Below, piece after piece: positions 56,603 to 64,000 of a stretch of DNA of 64,000 nucleotides (position 1 is the first letter of the stretch; the number at the start of each line of letters is the position of its first letter). The stretch is taken from the NCBI RefSeq assembly GCF_003018235.1, contig NZ_CP027437.1, one strand, 5' to 3'. The translations under genes were made by a program, and so were the position numbers. The DNA is from Escherichia coli (GTDB lineage Bacteria; Pseudomonadota; Gammaproteobacteria; Enterobacterales; Enterobacteriaceae). The notes under the pieces were generated by a model. It did not search any database. It was not told where the DNA came from and saw only the letters and a list, made by a program, of their open reading frames with translations.

Positions 56603-59017
56603 TCATCCCGCAAACTGCCTGAACAGCGCCTTACCCTTAACCAGTCGCGCACCCAGCCAGCCGCCGAAAAGCGACAGCAGCAGCGCACCGCTGCACGGCA
56701 GAACAATCCACAATCGCCAGTCTGGCTCCCACGGGAAATCAAACACTTTCGCCTGCAACACTGCCAGCGCCGTTTCCGCACCAATTGCGGCCACCAGGCC
56801 AGAAACAAACCCGAGCATGGCGAATTCACACCACAACGTGGTGTGCAGCAGTTTTTTCCCCGCACCGAGTGTGCGCCACACCACCAGCTCCTGATGACGC
56901 TGACGCATTCCCACCTGCACCTGTGCCAGCAACAGCAACATACCGCAGGCAGTGACCAGCACCACCATCACCTCCAGCGCCCGACTTACCTGCTCCAGCA
57001 CCTGACCGACCTGTTTTAAAATCGCGCCAATGTCTAACAGGCTAATGGTCGGGAACTGGCGGTTGAGTTGCGTCAACATGCCATTGCCATTCTCCCAGCG
57101 GAAACTGGTAAGCCAGCTCTGCGGTTGCCCGTCTAATGCCCCTTCCGGGAAAATAAAATAGAAATTAGGCCGCAGACTTTCCCAGTCCACTTTGCGCAGG
57201 CTGGTCACTTTAGCGCGGAACTCCTGGGTATCGCCCATAAAGGTGACTGTATCGCCGAGGCCAACGTTTAAGCGTTTCGCCAGCCCCTCTTCCATCGACA
57301 CTTCATCGGCTTTTGGCGGCCAGTTACCGGCGACAATCGGATTATGATCGGGCCGCGTATTTTGCCAGGTAAGATTAAGTTCGCGATTGAGCGCCTCATC
57401 TTCATTGCCTTCTGTCGGCTTGCCGTTAATCGCCGTCAGTCTCGCCCGCACCACCGGATAAAATGATTCCGGGACTATCTGATGTTCCGCGAGGAACGCT
57501 TTTAGCGGTGCTACCTGTTCTGTGGCGATGTTGATTAAAAAGTAGTTCGGGCTTTCTGGCGGTAGCTGCTGTTGCCAGCGGTCGAGCAGATCGCCACGCA
57601 ATACCAGCAACAGCGCCAGCAGCATAAAGGAGAGCGAAAATGCCGAAAGCTGGCTTAACGTTGACCACGGCTGACGTAACAGGCGGCTAACCGCCAGGCG
57701 CAGAGGCAGCGATTTCAGCGTCATGCGGCGAAGTACATTCAGCAGCATCCAGCCCAGCACACCGCACAGCAAAGCCAGTACTACCGCGCCCGCCAGCACC
57801 GCCCAAAGCAGCATGCTGCCACCCATTAATCCGGCGAGCAGCACCACAACCACCACACTGACAATCGGCAGATAAAACTTCAGCGGCCAGACGTTCGCTA
57901 CCACATCATTACGTAATACGCGTAAAGGCTGCGTTGCCAGCAACAAGCGGTATGGTCGTAGCCCCACCAGCAGCGAGATAACCGTCATGGTGCCCAGCGC
58001 CCATAGCCACGGCCAGAGGCTGGCTGGCGGTAGTGCAGCAGGCAGAACGGGCTTGAGCAGCACCATCAACACGTTTTCGAACAACAGGCCTATCGCCCCG
58101 CCGGTAACGGCTGAAAGCGCCAGCACCATCAACCACTGACCGACGATTAGCTTACGCAGTTGCGCTCGCCCTGCCCCCAGCGTTTTGAGGATCGCCACCA
58201 GATCGTAGCGACTGCGACAGTAATGATTCATCGCCACCGCCACCGCTGCCACTGCCAGCAGCAAGGTCAGAAGCGCCGAAAGCAGCAGGAACTGTTGCGA
58301 GCGTTCCATCGAGCGCCCCAGCGCGCCTTCGTCCTGTTCCAGACCGTACCAGCGTTGTTCGGGTTTAAGCTGGGGTAACAACCATTTCTCATAGCCGTCG
58401 AGCTGGTTCTCGTTGCCGCCGAATTTATAGCGCCAGGTGACCCGACTTCCCGGCTGCACGGCTCCGGTTTTATCGACATCCGCCAGATTCATCATCAGAC
58501 GCGGAGCCATCTGGAAGGGGTTAAAACCGGAATCCGGTTCCTGAATCACTTCTCCGGCAATCCGCAAGGTGGCATCACCCACGTCGATGGTGTCGCCTGT
58601 TTTCAGGTTAAGCAGTGCCATCAGGCGTGGGGCCAGCAATACGCTGCCCGCCTGCGGTTTCAGGCCAGGGGGATTAGTTTGCAGATCGCCATACATCGGG
58701 TAGATATCATCCACCGCTTTGACGTTCGCCAGCTGCGGTGTGTCGCCTGCAAATGTCATGGTGGCGAAAGTCAGCTGCTTGCCGACTTTCAGGCCGCGCT
58801 TTTGCGCTTCCTCCAGCCACGCTTGCGGCACTTCGCGCGAACTGCGCAACGCCCGATCGCCCGCCATAAACTCCCGGCTTTGCTGGCTTAAGCCCTTCTC
58901 CATGCGATCGCTGATATTGCCCAGCGCCAGCACGCAGGCCACCGCCAGGCTTAGCGCCAGCCAGACAATTAATAGCGACGGCGAGCGCCATTCGCGCCAG
59001 AACCAACGTGCAATCAT
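56603..59017 (-). CDS. ybbP: ABC transporter permease YbbP (FtsX-like)
   Basis: 804 aa with two FtsX-type permease modules. Confidence 0.9.
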   Translation of the reverse strand: MIARWFWREWRSPSLLIVWLALSLAVACVLALGNISDRMEKGLSQQSREFMAGDRALRSSREVPQAWLEEAQKRGLKVGKQLTFATMTFAGDTPQLANVKAVDDIYPMYGDLQTNPPGLKPQAGSVLLAPRLMALLNLKTGDTIDVGDATLRIAGEVIQEPDSGFNPFQMAPRLMMNLADVDKTGAVQPGSRVTWRYKFGGNENQLDGYEKWLLPQLKPEQRWYGLEQDEGALGRSMERSQQFLLLSALLTLLLAVAAVAVAMNHYCRSRYDLVAILKTLGAGRAQLRKLIVGQWLMVLALSAVTGGAIGLLFENVLMVLLKPVLPAALPPASLWPWLWALGTMTVISLLVGLRPYRLLLATQPLRVLRNDVVANVWPLKFYLPIVSVVVVVLLAGLMGGSMLLWAVLAGAVVLALLCGVLGWMLLNVLRRMTLKSLPLRLAVSRLLRQPWSTLSQLSAFSLSFMLLALLLVLRGDLLDRWQQQLPPESPNYFLINIATEQVAPLKAFLAEHQIVPESFYPVVRARLTAINGKPTEGNEDEALNRELNLTWQNTRPDHNPIVAGNWPPKADEVSMEEGLAKRLNVGLGDTVTFMGDTQEFRAKVTSLRKVDWESLRPNFYFIFPEGALDGQPQSWLTSFRWENGNGMLTQLNRQFPTISLLDIGAILKQVGQVLEQVSRALEVMVVLVTACGMLLLLAQVQVGMRQRHQELVVWRTLGAGKKLLHTTLWCEFAMLGFVSGLVAAIGAETALAVLQAKVFDFPWEPDWRLWIVLPCSGALLLSLFGGWLGARLVKGKALFRQFAG

Positions 59018-59700
59018 GCTTCCTCCTGCAACTGCCCGTTCATCAGCCGTAAGCAGCGGTCGCAGCGTGCCGCCAGTTGCAGGTCGTGGGTCACCATAAT
59101 CAACGTGGTGCCATGTTCACGGTTGAGGGAAAACAGCAGGTCGGCAATTTTATCGCCCGTCTGGCGGTCAAGGTTGCCGGTGGGTTCGTCGGCAAACAGC
59201 ACATCAGGCCGACCATTAAAGGCTCGCGCCAGCGCCACTCGTTGCTGTTCGCCGCCGGAAAGCTGTGCCGGAAGATGATCAAGACGTTTACCCAGCCCTA
59301 ACTGTTCGAGCAACGCTTTCGCTCCGTTACGACTTTCCGCGCTACTCTCACCGCGCAGCAGCGCCGGAAGCTCGACGTTTTCCAGCGCGTTAAGGGTAGG
59401 AATTAACATAAATGACTGAAAAACAAAGCCGACGTGCTTCGCGCGCAACTTTGCCCGCGCTTCTTCGTCCATATTATGTAGCGGTTGTCCCACCAGACTC
59501 ACTTCGCCACTGCTGCCGTCATCCAGCCCGGCGAGGATCGCCAGCAAGGTTGACTTACCCGATCCCGACTCGCCCACCAGTGCGATGGTCTCGCCACGTT
59601 TGACAACCAGCTCAACTCCGGTGAGGATGGAGAGTTCATGCTCCCCCTGACCGACGGACTTCTTAAGATGATGAACTTCAACAATGTTTTCCGCTGGCAT
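59014..59700 (-). CDS. ybbA: ABC transporter ATP-binding protein YbbA
   Basis: 228 aa, Walker A GESGSGKST, signature LSGGEQQR. Confidence 0.9.
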   Translation of the reverse strand: MPAENIVEVHHLKKSVGQGEHELSILTGVELVVKRGETIALVGESGSGKSTLLAILAGLDDGSSGEVSLVGQPLHNMDEEARAKLRAKHVGFVFQSFMLIPTLNALENVELPALLRGESSAESRNGAKALLEQLGLGKRLDHLPAQLSGGEQQRVALARAFNGRPDVLFADEPTGNLDRQTGDKIADLLFSLNREHGTTLIMVTHDLQLAARCDRCLRLMNGQLQEEA

Positions 59701-60294
59701 TTGCCCTTCCTGTTCCTGGTCCTGTTAACCTTCCGTGCCGCCGCAGCGGACACGTTATTGATTCTGGGTGATAGCCTGAGCGCCGGGTATCGAATGTCTG
59801 CCAGCGCGGCCTGGCCTGCCTTGTTGAATGATAAGTGGCAGAGTAAAACGTCGGTAGTCAATGCCAGCATCAGCGGCGACACCTCGCAACAAGGGCTGGC
59901 GCGCCTTCCGGCTCTGCTGAAACAGCATCAGCCGCGTTGGGTGCTGGTTGAACTGGGCGGCAATGACGGTTTGCGTGGTTTTCAGCCACAGCAAACCGAG
60001 CAAACGCTGCGCCAGATTTTGCAGGATGTCAAAGCCGCCAACGCTGAACCATTGTTAATGCAAATACGTCTGCCTGCAAACTATGGTCGCCGTTATAATG
60101 AAGCCTTTAGCGCCATTTACCCCAAACTCGCCAAAGAGTTTGATGTTCCGCTGCTGCCCTTTTTTATGGAAGAGGTCTACCTCAAGCCACAATGGATGCA
60201 GGATGACGGTATTCATCCCAACCGCGACGCCCAGCCGTTTATTGCCGACTGGATGGCGAAGCAGTTGCAGCCTTTAGTAAATCATGACTCATAA
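59668..60294 (+). CDS. tesA: acyl-CoA thioesterase I / lysophospholipase L1 TesA
   Basis: 208 aa SGNH hydrolase with GDSLSAG motif; start MMNFNNVFRWHL. Confidence 0.9.
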   Translation: MMNFNNVFRWHLPFLFLVLLTFRAAAADTLLILGDSLSAGYRMSASAAWPALLNDKWQSKTSVVNASISGDTSQQGLARLPALLKQHQPRWVLVELGGNDGLRGFQPQQTEQTLRQILQDVKAANAEPLLMQIRLPANYGRRYNEAFSAIYPKLAKEFDVPLLPFFMEEVYLKPQWMQDDGIHPNRDAQPFIADWMAKQLQPLVNHDS

Positions 60295-61093
60295 AGCAAC
60301 GGAGATCCTGACAGGTAAAGTTATGCAAAAATCGGTCTTAATTACCGGATGTTCCAGTGGAATTGGCCTGGAAAGCGCGCTCGAATTAAAACGCCAGGGT
60401 TTTCATGTGCTGGCAGGTTGCCGGAAACAGGATGATGTTGAGCGCATGAACAGCATGGGATTTACCGGCGTGTTGATCGATCTGGATTCACCAGAAAGTG
60501 TTGATCGCGCAGCCGACGAAGTGATCGCCCTGACCGATAATTGTCTGTATGGGATCTTTAACAATGCCGGATTCGGCATGTATGGCCCCCTTTCCACCAT
60601 CAGCCGTGCGCAGATGGAACAGCAGTTTTCCGCCAACTTTTTCGGCGCACACCAGCTCACCATGCGCCTGTTACCCGCGATGTTACCGCACGGTGAAGGA
60701 CGTATTGTGATGACCTCATCGGTGATGGGATTAATCTCCACGCCGGGTCGTGGCGCTTACGCGGCCAGTAAATATGCGCTGGAGGCGTGGTCAGACGCGC
60801 TGCGCATGGAGCTGCGCCACAGCGGAATAAAAGTCAGCCTGATCGAACCCGGTCCCATTCGTACTCGCTTCACCGACAACGTCAACCAGACGCAAAGTGA
60901 TAAACCAGTCGAAAATCCCGGCATCGCCGCTCGCTTTACGTTGGGGCCGGAAGCGGTGGTGGACAAAGTACGCCATGCTTTTATTAGCGAGAAGCCGAAG
61001 ATGCGCTATCCGGTAACGCTGGTGACCTGGGCAGTAATGGTGCTTAAGCGCCTGCTGCCGGGGCGCGTGATGGACAAAATATTGCAGGGGTGA
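60284..61093 (+). CDS. ybbO: short-chain dehydrogenase/reductase YbbO
   Basis: 269 aa SDR (TGCSSGIG ... YxxxK). Confidence 0.85.
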   Translation: MTHKATEILTGKVMQKSVLITGCSSGIGLESALELKRQGFHVLAGCRKQDDVERMNSMGFTGVLIDLDSPESVDRAADEVIALTDNCLYGIFNNAGFGMYGPLSTISRAQMEQQFSANFFGAHQLTMRLLPAMLPHGEGRIVMTSSVMGLISTPGRGAYAASKYALEAWSDALRMELRHSGIKVSLIEPGPIRTRFTDNVNQTQSDKPVENPGIAARFTLGPEAVVDKVRHAFISEKPKMRYPVTLVTWAVMVLKRLLPGRVMDKILQG

Positions 61094-61111
61094 GTTGAAG
61101 CGCGCGCTTAA

Positions 61112-62008
<897 letters not shown>

Positions 62009-62070
62009 TTTTCCGTTGATCGGCACATGAACCACAACGCCGGATGCGATGCTGCGCATCCGGCATCGCA

Positions 62071-62850
62071 TCATTTCTTCTTCAATTGCGTCACCACCAA
62101 CTGGTGGCGCGAATTATAAAACTTACGATAGGTTAAATAGCAGGCAATAATGGTCGACAAGCTGGCGGTTGAGAGCAGCATAAAGGTCACCATAATCTGA
62201 TATTTAATCGCCTTCACCGGATCAATCCCGGCAAATATCAGCCCGGACATCATTCCTGGTAAACTCACTAAGCCAACCGTTTTTGCTGAATCGACCGTCG
62301 GAATTAAAGCCGCGCGAATACTGTCGCGAATCAATATCGCTGAAGCCTGTTTCGGCGTCGCGCCAAGACTCAGTTTCTCCTGAATCTGTTGCTGTTCGCT
62401 AATCACCCGTTGCCCTAAATTGTTGTAACACAACCCCACCGCTACCATGGCGTTACCGGCTATCATCCCGGCGATAGGGATCACCTGCATCGGGATAAAT
62501 TCAATCGACCCTGAGAGAATCAGCACCGCCAGGGTAATTCCCGCCCCGACCGTAATGGCAATAAACGATGAGATAAAAGCTTTAGCAATATATTTACTGC
62601 GTTTTTGCGCGTTCCACGCCGCATTAAAGCAGATAAATAACACCATCAATAATGTCAGGCTGGCATCATCCACGCTGAAAATATACTTCAGCACATAGCC
62701 GACAATAATCAGCTGAATTATCGCGCGCCCGACGCTCCAGAGAATATCTTTCTCCAGCGCCAGTTTTTCTTTATGGCTAATTAAGATTGCCACCACCACC
62801 AGCATTAATGCCAGTGCCAATGATTCGTTAGTAATATTATGCGAGTTCAT
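62071..62850 (-). CDS. fetB: iron export ABC permease FetB (YbbM)
   Basis: 259 aa polytopic membrane protein overlapping fetA stop. Confidence 0.85.
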   Translation of the reverse strand: MNSHNITNESLALALMLVVVAILISHKEKLALEKDILWSVGRAIIQLIIVGYVLKYIFSVDDASLTLLMVLFICFNAAWNAQKRSKYIAKAFISSFIAITVGAGITLAVLILSGSIEFIPMQVIPIAGMIAGNAMVAVGLCYNNLGQRVISEQQQIQEKLSLGATPKQASAILIRDSIRAALIPTVDSAKTVGLVSLPGMMSGLIFAGIDPVKAIKYQIMVTFMLLSTASLSTIIACYLTYRKFYNSRHQLVVTQLKKK

Positions 62851-63514
62851 AGCGTGCTTCCTGCATTTCTCCGGCATGCGGTTGCAGTGTAATCACTTTA
62901 TCCGCATGATTAATTTCGTCTTTATCGTGTGTCACCCACAGCACGGCAATATTTTGCTCGCGCACATAGCGATGGATCATCTCATTAACGTTATGTTTAT
63001 TACTTTCATCCAGCGCACTGGTGATTTCATCCAGCAATAAAACCTTCGGCATAAATTGCAGGTTACGAATCAATGAGATGCGTTGTTTTTCACCACCAGA
63101 TAGCTCGGCGATATTCTTCGTCAAAATGGTGTCCGGTAAGGCGAAGCGTTCGAGAAAATCGAGAAAAATGGCTGGGTCAGGCTGCTGGTTACGGATCTGC
63201 CAGGGAAAAATCAGGTTATCGTATACCGTATCGCCAAACAGCGTCGGCGTCTGGGCGCAGTAAGAAACTTGCTGGCGGTAGATTTCTGGCTTTAGTGTGC
63301 TGACATCCTCACCTTCAAACAGTAACGTTCCGCTGGTTGGGCTGATCAATGAAGCAACTATTTTTAGCAGCGTACTTTTGCCACAACCAGAAGGACCAGT
63401 AATTAACTTAAATTCGCCAGCACGCAGCGAAAAATTGATGTTATTAAGAATCTTCGCATCACCCACCAGATATCCTACGTTTTGTAGCTGAACCAAAGGA
63501 CTATTTTCCTGCAT
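62837..63514 (-). CDS. fetA: iron export ABC ATPase FetA (YbbL)
   Basis: 225 aa, Walker A GPSGCGKST, signature LSGGEKQR. Confidence 0.85.
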   Translation of the reverse strand: MQENSPLVQLQNVGYLVGDAKILNNINFSLRAGEFKLITGPSGCGKSTLLKIVASLISPTSGTLLFEGEDVSTLKPEIYRQQVSYCAQTPTLFGDTVYDNLIFPWQIRNQQPDPAIFLDFLERFALPDTILTKNIAELSGGEKQRISLIRNLQFMPKVLLLDEITSALDESNKHNVNEMIHRYVREQNIAVLWVTHDKDEINHADKVITLQPHAGEMQEARYELA

Positions 63515-63659
63515 CGCTGTTCCCTTTTTCTGATTTTTACTAAAAACAGTTTATCCTTCGCAGGAATAAGGGGGAACTCTCTTTCAGTAATCAGGTATAA
63601 TTTGTTTAATCAAGCAGCAATTTTGCTGATTATGGACGGTACAACAGGAGGTTTTTCCG

Positions 63660-64000
63660 ATGCTTATCTTTATCCCGATTCTCATTTTTGTCGCGCTGGT
63701 CATTGTTGGCGCGGGCGTCAAAATCGTGCCGCAGGGCTACCAGTGGACAGTAGAACGTTTTGGTCGCTATACCAAAACGTTACAGCCAGGTCTAAGCCTG
63801 GTGGTGCCGTTTATGGATCGCATTGGTCGCAAGATCAATATGATGGAGCAAGTGCTCGACATCCCTTCCCAGGAAGTTATCTCGAAAGATAACGCCAACG
63901 TTACTATCGACGCCGTGTGCTTTATTCAGGTGATTGACGCGCCGCGCGCGGCTTATGAAGTCAGCAATCTGGAGCTGGCGATCATCAACCTGACCATGAC
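63660..64000 (+). CDS. qmcA: SPFH/band-7 protein QmcA (YbbK), 5' part; continues beyond window
   Basis: ATG at about 63660 opens [37 protein letters not shown]..., no stop before the window end; not in ORF track because it is truncated. Confidence 0.8.
   Translation, partial: MLIFIPILIFVALVIVGAGVKIVPQGYQWTVERFGRYTKTLQPGLSLVVPFMDRIGRKINMMEQVLDIPSQEVISKDNANVTIDAVCFIQVIDAPRAAYEVSNLELAIINLTM

Overview
This 64 kb window is Escherichia coli chromosome, in reverse orientation relative to the K-12 map. Positions 1-20090 are the right-hand part of a lambdoid prophage integrated at tRNA-Arg (argU): a DLP12-like backbone (intD, emrE, ybcK, ybcN, ninE, ybcO, rusA, ylcG) carrying lambda-like modules that look intact (R endolysin, ren, P, O with ori iterons, cro/cI immunity region, gam-bet-exo). 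From about 20.1 kb the sequence is core genome: fimZ, the sfmFHDCA fimbrial operon, folD, ybcJ, ybcI, cysS, ppiB, lpxH, purEK, ybcF with an in-frame amber codon, ylbF, ylbE, fdrA, the allantoin/glyoxylate cluster (allDCE, glxK, ybbY, allB, ybbW, glxR, hyi, gcl, allR, allA, allS), selU, then ybbP, ybbA, tesA, ybbO, ybbN, fetB, fetA and the start of qmcA. Where K-12 carries the RhsD element between selU and ybbP, this sequence has a roughly 2 kb segment with a DinQ-like small hydrophobic ORF flanked by repeats and a complete IS110-family (IS621-like) element with a structured non-coding left end that matches a bridge RNA. The strongest candidates for an unusual system are (1) the IS621-like element and its bridge RNA, (2) an AT-rich two-gene operon (353-aa protein plus ASCH/PUA-like protein) in the rexAB position downstream of cI, (3) the DinQ-like type I toxin cassette, and (4) an HNH-domain protein in the prophage nin-region. 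All gene identifications rest on reading the translations and on recalled K-12 and lambda sequences; no database search was run. Coordinates for features absent from the ORF track were counted by hand and may be off by 1-2 nt.
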